Assembly (NCBI GenBank): GCA_041937175.2
Contig: CP166615.1
Coordinates: 608,001 to 672,000 of the forward strand
Length of the DNA stretch: 64,000 bases
From: Limnothrix sp. BL-A-16
GTDB taxonomy: Bacteria > Cyanobacteriota > Cyanobacteriia > CACIAM-69d
Direction of reading: 5' to 3'
A program made the position numbers and the translations under genes. Below, piece by piece: positions 9,922-18,915 of the stretch (positions within the stretch are counted from its first letter, which is position 1; every line of letters begins with the position of its first letter). Under the pieces are notes generated by a model. That model saw nothing but the letters and a program-made list of their open reading frames with translations, searched no databases and was not told the DNA's origin.

Positions 9922-10542
9922 TTGGTTAATTTAATGATGAGCGAACCTCAAACGGTTGAGACCAGCTATCTGAGCCAGACAAGCCAGCGCCAAACCCCGA
10001 ATTCTCCGGCGAATCCCCTGGCGATCGGGCTGTTGGGTTTGTTGGTGACCGGTGGACTGCTCGGCGGGGCGATCGGAATTTTGAACTTAGCCGTCCCCCA
10101 GGCGATCGCCCAAACCCGCCCCAGCCAGCCCAGCGCCCCCAACGTCCTCAATATTTTGCGCGGGTTGCCCCAACCAACCACTGCTCCCGCCAACCGGCCC
10201 GCCATCTTTGCGGCCAATGCCTACGGCCAGCAAAGCCTGAACTTCCAGAGCAAATCCAACGCAGAAGCCGCCATCCAGTTCTATCGCCAAGCCCTTGGCC
10301 GCCTGGGCTACACCGAACGCACCATCAACACCACGATCGGGCAATGGGGGTTCAGCATTGTTTTTGACCCGCCGGCCAGCTTGGGCCTCAAACCCAGCAG
10401 CACCGCCCCGCGCAACACCCTGGAAGTGGGCGACCAAGTGACGGTTCAAGGCAGTGGCAGCCCCTCGGTGGTCTTGGTGTTGCAGGGAACCATGCTCTCT
10501 CCTGACACCATGAACACCAACATTCGCTTTGAGGAAATTTAG
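9922..10542 (+). CDS. Hypothetical exported/membrane-anchored protein
   Basis: 206-aa ORF with hydrophobic N-terminal segment and AIA-Q site; start uncertain. Confidence 0.7.
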   Translation: MVNLMMSEPQTVETSYLSQTSQRQTPNSPANPLAIGLLGLLVTGGLLGGAIGILNLAVPQAIAQTRPSQPSAPNVLNILRGLPQPTTAPANRPAIFAANAYGQQSLNFQSKSNAEAAIQFYRQALGRLGYTERTINTTIGQWGFSIVFDPPASLGLKPSSTAPRNTLEVGDQVTVQGSGSPSVVLVLQGTMLSPDTMNTNIRFEEI

Positions 10543-10668
10543 AGGGCGATCGGCCCTGTCAACAAGCGCAGTCTGCATTGATGGGGATCAGGACTGACCG
10601 CCTTGGAGCCAGGGTCGCCAAGCGCAACGCCCAAACGTCAACGCCCGAAAATTAACCCGAGAAAGTTA

Positions 10669-10807
10669 GGGAGCGTCGCCATTTTGCGAGGTGGTGCTGA
10701 AACGGTTGATCTTCCGCGCCCTAATCGTTGTCACAAGGGGTAAGTCCCTTGTCTGCGTCGATCACCGGGGCGTACAGAGTAGCCATTTTGGCTTTTCAGG
10801 CATCCTC
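10669..10807. mobile_element. Chimeric miniature element (family A left half, family B right half) flanked by TTA
   Basis: gaaacggttgatcttcc shared with family A; gtctgcgtcgatc...ttttggcttttcaggcatcctc shared with family B; junction at the degenerate palindrome; TTA at 10666-8 and 10808-10. Confidence 0.6.
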
Positions 10808-11338
10808 TTAGCGATCGCCCACCCGTTGGTCATCCACGGCCCCAAAAATCGCCTCAGGATGAACATAGTGCTTAAATTCCAGCAAATTATGGAACGGATC
10901 GGCTAAAAATGCCGTGTAATGCTCCAATTGCTCCCCAGGAAACCGACGGCGCGGGGGCTGCTCAAAGGTGAGTTGTTTGGCCTCAGCTCGATCGATCAAG
11001 GTCTGCCAGTCGGCCAAGGCCGCAAACACCAACCCAAAATGGCGTGGATAGATCCCCTTTTGCGGTTGGCAGGCCCCAGGACTCACGTGGGCCACGATTT
11101 GGTTGCCATAGCAATTCAAAATCAGCGAGTTGGGCCCCTCGCGTCCAGCGGTGCAACCCAGCCCATCAATATAAAAGGCCTTGGTTTGGGCCAGGTTGGC
11201 AACTGGAAAAGCCAAGTGAAACAGGGCGATCGCCCGGGGACTTTCGGAACCGAAGGGTTGACCCGTGGGAGTTACTTCCAAATTTGCGGGAATCGCTACA
11301 GTCCCGGTTGCTGAAGTTATCGCTGTTGAAGTGATCAT
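10808..11338 (-). CDS. VOC/glyoxalase family protein
   Basis: LFHLAFPV, FY.DGLGC..GR, YPRHFG.V, FLADPFHNLLEFK; true start may be downstream. Confidence 0.9.
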   Translation of the reverse strand: MITSTAITSATGTVAIPANLEVTPTGQPFGSESPRAIALFHLAFPVANLAQTKAFYIDGLGCTAGREGPNSLILNCYGNQIVAHVSPGACQPQKGIYPRHFGLVFAALADWQTLIDRAEAKQLTFEQPPRRRFPGEQLEHYTAFLADPFHNLLEFKHYVHPEAIFGAVDDQRVGDR

Positions 11339-11429
11339 GATGAGAACGGTTTAGAGAAATGGCCAAAGCCAGAGGGAACCACCATCCACCTGATAGCATG
11401 GCAGGAGAGGTCTGAAGGAAAAGGTTGCC

Positions 11430-12233
11430 GTGGATTTCAGCGCGATCGCAACGCCAATCACCCAGCAAGCAACCCAACACCCTTGGCTCACGGCCGCGGT
11501 GCTGAACACGCTGCTGCTCACCCTAGTGGCGATCGCCCCCAAAAAACTGCTCACACCGGCCGGCATTGTCCATGCTTGGATTTTGGGTGTGTTGGTGTGG
11601 GGTTGCATGGGCTGGCCGGGCTATGCCGTGGTGGGGTTCTATTTTTTGGCGGGGTCGGCCGTCACTCGGGTGGGTTTGGCCCGCAAGGAAGCCGCTGGCA
11701 TTGCCGAGAAACGATCGGGCGCAAGGGGCCCGGAAAACGTTTGGGGATCGGCCCTTGGCGGGGCCCTTTGTGCCGGGGCGATCGGGCTGTTATCGTTGAT
11801 GCCGGATCAGGCGATCGCCCAAACCTGGCTCCCCCTTCTGAGTTTGGCCTATGCCGCCAGCTTCAGCGCCAAACTCTCCGACACCTGCGCCAGTGAAATT
11901 GGCAAAGCCTATGGCCGGCGAACCTTTTCGGTGATTTCCTTTCAGCCCGTGCCGCCGGGAACCGAAGGAGCCGTCAGCCTGGAAGGAACCCTGGCCGGTT
12001 TGGCCGCCTCGATCGCCCAAGCCCTTGTGGCCTGGGGTGTGGGCTTAATTTCTCCCTTCGGAATTTTGGGATGCGCGATCGCTGCATTCCTGGCTACAAC
12101 AGTGGAAAGTATTGTGGGCGCGACTTGGCAGGAGCAGCAGCCATGGTTAACAAACGAAGTCGTGAACGGTCTGCAAACCCTGCTGGCGGCCCTGCTGGCG
12201 ATCGCGATCGGGTGGCCGACGATCAGCCCCTAG
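11430..12233 (+). CDS. DUF92 / TIGR00297 membrane protein
   Basis: KRSGARGPENVWGS, KLSDT.ASEIG, VPPGTEGAVSLEGT, TNEVVN. Confidence 0.92.
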   Translation: MDFSAIATPITQQATQHPWLTAAVLNTLLLTLVAIAPKKLLTPAGIVHAWILGVLVWGCMGWPGYAVVGFYFLAGSAVTRVGLARKEAAGIAEKRSGARGPENVWGSALGGALCAGAIGLLSLMPDQAIAQTWLPLLSLAYAASFSAKLSDTCASEIGKAYGRRTFSVISFQPVPPGTEGAVSLEGTLAGLAASIAQALVAWGVGLISPFGILGCAIAAFLATTVESIVGATWQEQQPWLTNEVVNGLQTLLAALLAIAIGWPTISP

Positions 12234-13168
12234 ACTCGCCCGCCGACCCCAACCCCCGCAGCCTTGGGGCCACGGCCCAAGCCGCGATCGAAAAGCATTG
12301 GGCCAAGGCCGGCCGCCACGAAGCCGCCGTCCTCAAAGATCAGGATCCCGAAGAGTTGCATCAAATGCGTGTGGCCCTGCGACGGCTGCGATCGGCCATG
12401 GTGGGTTTTGCCTCGGCCATTGAGCTGCCCAAACGGGCCAGCGAGCGGGCCGTGGGTCAAGTGGCCAGAATTTTGGGGGAACTGCGCGATTTGGACGTGA
12501 TGGACGAAACCTTGCGCGATCGCTACCTCCAAAACCTACCCCCGGAAGAACAGCCCCTTTTGCAAACGGTTCGCGAAGAGCTGGCCGGCCAGCGCCAAAA
12601 AGCCTTCGGTCGTGTCAGCAAAACCCTACAAAAACGCGAATGGCCCGCCATCAACACGGCCCTTGGGCGTTGGATTGCCCAGCCGCGCCTGCGGCCCGCC
12701 GCCGATTGGCCCGCCGTGGTGGTGGTTCCCGATTTGCTGTTGCCCATTTTGTCCCACTGGTTAATGCATCCCGGCTGGTTGGTGCAAACCGAGGGGCGAT
12801 CGGTCACGGATCTTTCGTTGTTGGAGTGGGCGGTGATCCATGACCTGCGCAAGGTGGCCAAACGGGTGCGCTATCAAATGGCCCTTTTCACCGATTTCTA
12901 TGGCAGTGAATACGAGCGATTGCTCGACGCGATTGGCGATATCCAAACCGTGTTAGGCGATTTGCAAGATATCGCCGTGCTGGAAAACTTTTTGGTAAAA
13001 ACGATCGGGATTCAGTGGGCCACCGATGCGCCCGCCTGGGCTGGTTTGCTGGAGCAACAGCGCGATCGGGCTTGGGAAAACTGGCTGAAGCTCCAGGAGC
13101 AGTTCGATCGCCCCAATCAACGGGAACGGATCCGAGACGTGGTGAATCGCCCCCACCTCAACTCCTAG
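12212..13168 (+). CDS. CHAD domain protein
   Basis: DPEELHQMRVALRRLRS, LGELRDLDV, IHDLRK.AKRVRY, LGDLQD; GTG start inferred. Confidence 0.9.
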   Translation: MADDQPLDSPADPNPRSLGATAQAAIEKHWAKAGRHEAAVLKDQDPEELHQMRVALRRLRSAMVGFASAIELPKRASERAVGQVARILGELRDLDVMDETLRDRYLQNLPPEEQPLLQTVREELAGQRQKAFGRVSKTLQKREWPAINTALGRWIAQPRLRPAADWPAVVVVPDLLLPILSHWLMHPGWLVQTEGRSVTDLSLLEWAVIHDLRKVAKRVRYQMALFTDFYGSEYERLLDAIGDIQTVLGDLQDIAVLENFLVKTIGIQWATDAPAWAGLLEQQRDRAWENWLKLQEQFDRPNQRERIRDVVNRPHLNS

Positions 13169-13406
13169 AGGATGTCTGAGCAGTTCCCGACCAACGCATC
13201 AGGTCACCGGATCAGCACCACCTGCTCACTCATCAACTCACGGCTACCGCTTCCTTGGGCTATCCTCCACCATGCCACGCAAGTCATGTAGTCCAGTGAG
13301 TCATCTTTCTCAAGGATTCTTCTGCAAGGATTTGAAGTTTTGTGGTCAAGTATTTTATAAAATCTTTAAAAAGAGAAACACAAAAGTAAACATCAAGGAT
13401 TGACGT

Positions 13407-13435
13407 TTGACAGGTCATAGGGACAGCTCTAAGGT
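13407..13435 (+). promoter_or_regulatory. Putative sigma70-type promoter of the cas operon
   Basis: TTGACA (13407-12), 17 nt, TAAGGT (13430-35), 26 nt before cas5 ATG. Confidence 0.65.
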
Positions 13436-13461
13436 GTGTTTAACCTCCGTCTGAATTTTGT

Positions 13462-14103
13462 ATGAAAATTCGCCTTTGGGGAGAGCGGGCATTATTTGCC
13501 ATTCCCGCCTATAAGGTTGAAGCGCGTTCTTATCCCATTCCACCACCAACCGCCATTGAAGGGCTGCTGCGAAATCTCTATTGGCATCCGGGTTTTGAGT
13601 GGCGCTTGAATCGAATTGCAGTTAATTGCCCGATCGTCTATGAATCCGTAACCCGAAACATGGTGCAGGACATTGCACCCAGCCAAGAAACCCTGGCAGC
13701 GGGCAAGCGCTACACCATCGAAGACGATCGCACCCAGCGCACCCTATCGCTGTTGCGCAACGTGGACTACACAATCGACTGTGCCCTTTGGCATCCTGAG
13801 CCGATCAAGCAATCGCGCGGCAACCGAATCACGATCGAGCGCCTGCAAAGGGGCCAGCATTGGGCCCAGCCCTATCTGGGCCAGCGGGAATTTACGGCCC
13901 ATTTGGCCTTGCTGCCGCCAGACACCAAGTTGCGGGGCCACCCGACCCTGGGCCGTGAAATGTTGTTGCCTGTTATGCCCCGAGCAATTCGGTTTACCCC
14001 AAAAGGCACAACGGTTGAGTGGTTCCAGCCCACCTTGCGCGACGGCGTTTTGGATCTACGGAACTCTGAGCGACAGGAGAGCAGTGATGCTACAGGAACT
14101 TGA
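13462..14103 (+). CDS. cas5: Type I-C Cas5 (Cas5d)
   Basis: LWGERALF..P..KVE.RSY..PPPTA..GLL..LYWHP; RTQR..SLLRNVDY; GQ...QPYLGQREF. Confidence 0.93.
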   Translation: MKIRLWGERALFAIPAYKVEARSYPIPPPTAIEGLLRNLYWHPGFEWRLNRIAVNCPIVYESVTRNMVQDIAPSQETLAAGKRYTIEDDRTQRTLSLLRNVDYTIDCALWHPEPIKQSRGNRITIERLQRGQHWAQPYLGQREFTAHLALLPPDTKLRGHPTLGREMLLPVMPRAIRFTPKGTTVEWFQPTLRDGVLDLRNSERQESSDATGT

Positions 14104-15859
14104 CCAGCTCGCCAATTACCTAGAGACACCCGCAGTTCAGGGAGGGCTGCCCCCGATCGGGTACGAAAGCGCCACCGTGGAATTCGCGATCGACCTGAAC
14201 AACAGTTCAATTGTGCCCCTGTATCAAGAACCCGACCCCAAACGCAAATCCACAACCCAACAACTGGGGCGGCGGGTTCTCACCACCATCCGGCTCAGCA
14301 ACCATGCTCCAGCCCTACTGGATGACAAGTTGAAATACATCCTGGGGACGGGTTCCAATGGCCCCAAATGTCAACCGAAGTATCGTGAACTCTTGGGGTT
14401 GTTGCTGTCCAGTGCCGATCCCCCGTTTCCGTGGGCCCCGGCTATTCAGCAGTTGTTGGATTGTCCCCAACTAGCCGAAGCGGCCGCAATCCAAACAGGC
14501 TTGCCCTTGGCAGAGGTCGCCGACAAGCGCTGCCGCTTGCTGTGGGACGGTGAGCCGGTGGTCAACGATCCACAGGTGCGTATTTGGTGGCGCAATCACG
14601 TGCTGGAGAGGGACGGGGGACAGCAGGGGAACTGTTCCATTACTGGACAAACGGGATTAATCGTTAGCAAAACAATCCCAGCAACAGTTAAAGGCATTCC
14701 CGGCGCACAGCTCTCGGGAGCCAAACTGAGTTGCTTTGACAAGCCATCGATGTGTTCTTGGGGGCTTCAGCAAAACGCTAATGCTCCCTTGCTGGCCTCA
14801 GTGGGATTACGCAGTCATGCGGCCTTGCAAGTTCTGATTGAGGACAAGAACCACCACGCCAAACTCGGCAATCAGCTCTGGGTGTTTTGGGGCACGGAAG
14901 GCGAAGGCATCAAGGAAGAAATGTGGCAGGAGCAACCTGCGGGAGCTATGTGGCGCGACCCATCAGCATTCACCCAAATCATTGGGGCTTTTGATGACGC
15001 GACCAAATCGGGCACGCTGCCCCCCCGCAAGCTAGACCGGCCCTTCTTTCTGGCATCCCTGAGGGCCCATGGCGCAAGGATTGCAATCACCCGTTGGGAA
15101 ACCACCACCATTCGCCACATGGTGGATCGGCTGCAATGGTTTCGATCGGCCCAATGTCCGCATCAACGTTGGCGGCCCTTGGCCCTGTGGCAACTCCGGC
15201 AAGTGGCTTTTCACAAAGCACCCAAGCCCCCGGAAACCGCCTACATCGATGATGCACTGCTGGCCTGTGCGCTACAAAACGCCCCCTTACCCGATCAATA
15301 TGCCCAGCGGCTTTTGGATCGGCTTTGTGCAGAAGGCGACCTGGAAACCTACTGGAATCCCAAAAAAGTGGCTTGGGTTTTGCTCCAGCGGATCCAAGCA
15401 CTGGCCCTATACCTGGCATCTCGCAACATCAACATTCCTATGGACAATCAATCGTTACCGTTTGCTTTGGGGCAAGCCTGTTTTTGGATGGCCCAGGCCC
15501 AAGCCCGGGCCCAAAAGCGTCCCTTGGCAGCGACCAATGTGGTGCAAGCGCTGCGAGGAATTTTGCAGTCACCTTCCCGAGTTGCTGGGTTGTTCCCGAA
15601 TTTTTTCAACCATTTGAAAGAACTGGGATCTGTCCATGATCTTTACCTGGAGCGATTTTCACGGGCGATCGCCGCAACGGGTACAACGGGCGACTGTTTC
15701 CCCGAGAGTTTTTCCGTGGAAGACCAGGCTTTGTTCATGGTGGGGTTTGCCATGGCCTGTGCGGACAACGCGGAAAACCGCCACGCGGCCGCCCAGAAAA
15801 AACAAGCGGCCCAAGCTGAGATCGCTGACGACTCTGAAATTTTTGATCTGGAGGATTAA
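14087..15859 (+). CDS. cas8c: Type I-C large subunit Cas8c (Csd1), divergent
   Basis: MLQEL start with AGGAG upstream; CSITGQ, VKGIPG...GAKLSCFDK, GARIAI, FPESFSVEDQALFMVGF; lies between cas5 and cas7. Confidence 0.9.
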   Translation: MLQELDQLANYLETPAVQGGLPPIGYESATVEFAIDLNNSSIVPLYQEPDPKRKSTTQQLGRRVLTTIRLSNHAPALLDDKLKYILGTGSNGPKCQPKYRELLGLLLSSADPPFPWAPAIQQLLDCPQLAEAAAIQTGLPLAEVADKRCRLLWDGEPVVNDPQVRIWWRNHVLERDGGQQGNCSITGQTGLIVSKTIPATVKGIPGAQLSGAKLSCFDKPSMCSWGLQQNANAPLLASVGLRSHAALQVLIEDKNHHAKLGNQLWVFWGTEGEGIKEEMWQEQPAGAMWRDPSAFTQIIGAFDDATKSGTLPPRKLDRPFFLASLRAHGARIAITRWETTTIRHMVDRLQWFRSAQCPHQRWRPLALWQLRQVAFHKAPKPPETAYIDDALLACALQNAPLPDQYAQRLLDRLCAEGDLETYWNPKKVAWVLLQRIQALALYLASRNINIPMDNQSLPFALGQACFWMAQAQARAQKRPLAATNVVQALRGILQSPSRVAGLFPNFFNHLKELGSVHDLYLERFSRAIAATGTTGDCFPESFSVEDQALFMVGFAMACADNAENRHAAAQKKQAAQAEIADDSEIFDLED

Positions 15860-15862
15860 GCC

Positions 15863-16750
15863 ATGAGTCAAGACACTGAAATGCACTTGGATCCAACTTT
15901 ACGCCACGATGCGGTGTTGCTGTTTGACTGTGAACGGGGAAATCCGAATGGCGACCCAGACGCAGATAATCAACCCCGCATTGATCCCTACTCGGGGCGC
16001 GGGTTGGTGAGCGATGCTTGCGTGAAGCGGAAGCTGCGCGATTACGTGGCGATGGTGGCCAGCGATCGCCCTGAATACAAAATCCTGATTGAGCAGGGTG
16101 CGGTCATCAACAACCAGATTGAGCGCGGCTATATCGAGAGCGGGGCCGAAACCAGCGGTTCCAAAAAACCCAAGGAAAATTCCCCAGAACACAGGGCCCA
16201 ACAAGACCAGGTACGAGACTGGTTTCGTAAGAATTTCTTTGATGTGCGGATGTTTGGGGCGGTGTTGTCCACGGGGCGCAAGGTGGGTCAGGTGTTCGGG
16301 CCGGTGCAGGTGGCTTGGGCCATGTCTCAGGATCCAATTCGACCGTTGCGATCGACCCTAACGCGCTGTGCGGCCACGGAGGAAAAGGATGGTAAGGAAA
16401 ACAAAACCATGGGGGCGAAGTGGCTGTTGCCCTATGCGCTCTATCGCACGGAGGTGACCTACAACCCCTATCGCGATCGGGCGAGTGAGTATGTGACGAG
16501 GGAGGATTTGCAATTTCTGTGGGATGGATTGTTGCGGGCCTGGGATTTTGATCGTTCGGCGGCACGGGGCACGATGGCCTGTCGAGGGTTGTATATCTTC
16601 ACGCACCGGGCAAAGTTTGGGAATGCACCGGCCCATCAGCTTTTTGAGTCGGTGACGGTGACTCGCGTGGCGGACAAACCCCTATCGTTTCGGGATTATG
16701 CGGTGCAGGTGAGTGAACCACCGGAGGGGGTGAAGTTGACGGCGCTATGA
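15863..16750 (+). CDS. cas7: Type I-C Cas7 (Csd2)
   Basis: LLFDCERGNPNGDPDADNQPRID, VSDACVKRKLRDYV, FFDVRMFGAV, GPVQ, TMG.K, DRSAARG, GNAPAHQLF. Confidence 0.96.
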   Translation: MSQDTEMHLDPTLRHDAVLLFDCERGNPNGDPDADNQPRIDPYSGRGLVSDACVKRKLRDYVAMVASDRPEYKILIEQGAVINNQIERGYIESGAETSGSKKPKENSPEHRAQQDQVRDWFRKNFFDVRMFGAVLSTGRKVGQVFGPVQVAWAMSQDPIRPLRSTLTRCAATEEKDGKENKTMGAKWLLPYALYRTEVTYNPYRDRASEYVTREDLQFLWDGLLRAWDFDRSAARGTMACRGLYIFTHRAKFGNAPAHQLFESVTVTRVADKPLSFRDYAVQVSEPPEGVKLTAL

Positions 16751-16965
16751 GCGCGAAGGGGAAGTGCTGTTTTTGGGTGATCGCCTGAATCCCAAGCGGA
16801 ACAACGAGTTCAGGGCAATTTCTGAAATTTCGGTTCGCGATTCTTGCGCTGTCTGAGTTTGGGCGCTGAATCGCTGGTTCAGTTGCCTGGTTTTGACCTG
16901 GTTTGGCTGGGATCGCGAATCGTGCCTCTCAACTACTGATGTTGCAAGACTTTGGAAGCCAAGCA
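16751..16965 (+). promoter_or_regulatory. CRISPR leader
   Basis: Non-coding 215 bp 5' of first repeat, with recurring gcgcgaa/ttcgcg motifs; repeat orientation (3' ATTGAAAC) places the leader on this side. Confidence 0.7.
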
Positions 16966-18905
16966 GCAAAATCCCCCGCTCCGGCGGGGCCGCAATTGAA
17001 ACGGTGTGGACATGAACGGCAACCCCGTGATCGCACGCAAAATCCCCCGCTCCGGCGGGGCCGCAATTGAAACCACTCAGGAAATCGTGTTCCCAAATCC
17101 CTCTGGTGAGCAAAATCCCCCGCTCCGGCGGGGCCGCAATTGAAACCGTGTCGGTACAGTTGGCAATCCACTCGCCCAATCCGCAAAATCCCCCGCTCCG
17201 GCGGGGCCGCAATTGAAACCGTATCGGTGACGCGGTAGCTAGCCCCCCATTTGCGGGCAAAATCCCCCGCTCCGGCGGGGCCGCAATTGAAACCACCAAT
17301 CCGGACAAAGCAGATCCCTGGTATGTGGGCAAAATCCCCCGCTCCGGCGGGGCCGCAATTGAAACAATGCCGCCATCCATGCCCACCGATTTGGCCCCGA
17401 GTGCAAAATCCCCCGCTCCGGCGGGGCCGCAATTGAAACACCGGGACAGCCAAGCAAGAGCTGGCCCAAGGGCTGCAAAATCCCCCGCTCCGGCGGGGCC
17501 GCAATTGAAACTGGCTCAATTTCCTGGAAACCTTTGCCACACCGGGCACTGCAAAATCCCCCGCTCCGGCGGGGCCGCAATTGAAACTTGCTGGCTGGCT
17601 GATGGCTCGATCGCCTCATCGCAAAATCCCCCGCTCCGGCGGGGCCGCAATTGAAACTTCGGCGGTGGGGGCGGGGGCGGCGATTGGGGCGGTGCAAAAT
17701 CCCCCGCTCCGGCGGGGCCGCAATTGAAACAGCCCTTAGTCTGGTCTCCAGATTGAGGGCTTTTTGAGCAAAATCCCCCGCTCCGGCGGGGCCGCAATTG
17801 AAACGCTTTTTAACGGTTTTTGGAGAGGGTCGCAAGTGACGCAAAATCCCCCGCTCCGGCGGGGCCGCAATTGAAACCCTATCAAGCTCCCGCCCTGGCA
17901 TGAGAAGCGCCTAGCAAAATCCCCCGCTCCGGCGGGGCCGCAATTGAAACATCGTCAGTGAGCAGGTTTTTGCTGTTGGTGGTCATGGTGCAAAATCCCC
18001 CGCTCCGGCGAGGCCGCAATTGAAACGTGCCCAACTCGGGGCCATTCGCGTTGCGTTTTAATGCAAAATCCCCCGCTCCGGCGGGGCCGCAATTGAAACA
18101 GAGTCAGCTAAAAGAGTTCTGCACCTCAGTGCTATGCAAAATCCCCCGCTCCGGCGGGGCCGCAATTGAAACACTCAGGGCGTTTGCGAGCCGGGGGACT
18201 CGGTGCGGCAAAATCCCCCGCTCCGGCGGGGCCGCAATTGAAACATCCTTATCTGATTGCGACGGGACGATCATGTAACCGCAAAATCCCCCGCTCCGGC
18301 GGGGCCGCAATTGAAACCCACGTAACCCCGGCCAGCTCGGTAACTTTCCCGGTCAGCAAAATCCCCCGCTCCGGCGGGGCCGCAATTGAAACACGATGGA
18401 TTGTCAGTCCATGAGATATACAGGGCAGGCAAAATCCCCCGCTCCGGCGGGGCCGCAATTGAAACACCAGCCAACTGACTCGCGGCGACTACCTCTACGA
18501 CGCAAAATCCCCCGCTCCGGCGGGGCCGCAATTGAAACCCATCCAAGCGATCGCGCCGCCGTCACCGACACCTGCAAAATCCCCCGCTCCGGCGGGGCCG
18601 CAATTGAAACATGTCGCGCCAACTGGGCGGCTTGAACTGTACAAGCAAAATCCCCCGCTCCGGCGGGGCCGCAATTGAAACGATCTCGGGGAACCCGCCC
18701 GCACCTCGGGCCGCTTGCCCGCAAAATCCCCCGCTCCGGCGGGGCCGCAATTGAAACTAGGTAGACAGAAAACCGTTTGTGGAAGGTGTCATGCAAAATC
18801 CCCCGCTCCGGCGGGGCCGCAATTGAAACAGCCAGGGTCTTGATCCGCTCGGCCGCCTGATTGAGCGCGCAAAATCCCCCGCTCCGGCGGGGCCGCAATT
18901 GAAAC
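16966..18905 (+). CRISPR. CRISPR array, 27 repeats of 37 bp (GCAAAATCCCCCGCTCCGGCGGGGCCGCAATTGAAAC), 26 spacers of 33-39 bp
   Basis: Counted directly; only repeat 15 differs (G>A at 18011); internal hairpin CCCCGC-TCCG-GCGGGG. Confidence 0.99.
17731..17765 (+). terminator. Intrinsic-terminator-like structure forming spacer 11
   Basis: AGCCCTTAGTCTGG-TCT-CCAGATTGAGGGCT 14-bp stem (two G-U pairs) with a T5 run at 17761-65. Confidence 0.7.
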
Positions 18906-18915
18906 ATAACAACCT

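Noticed and set aside
13168..13322. Possible family B miniature element or CRISPR-island boundary (gaggatgtctgag)
   Set aside because: Only the left end is recognisable; the right end is too degenerate to call
13673..14086. N-terminal extension of the 728-aa cas8c ORF
   Set aside because: Overlaps cas5 in another frame; MLQEL at 14087 has an AGGAG site and a typical Cas8c start
17658..17693. G-rich spacer 10 as a G-quadruplex element
   Set aside because: Only three long G-runs within the spacer; readily explained as Gly/Pro-rich coding protospacer
18539..18573. Self-targeting by spacer 22 (cgatcgcgccgccg also near 1125-1138)
   Set aside because: Only about 14 nt, built around the very abundant HIP1 core; no full-length spacer match noticed by eye within the window (BLASTN needed for the genome)
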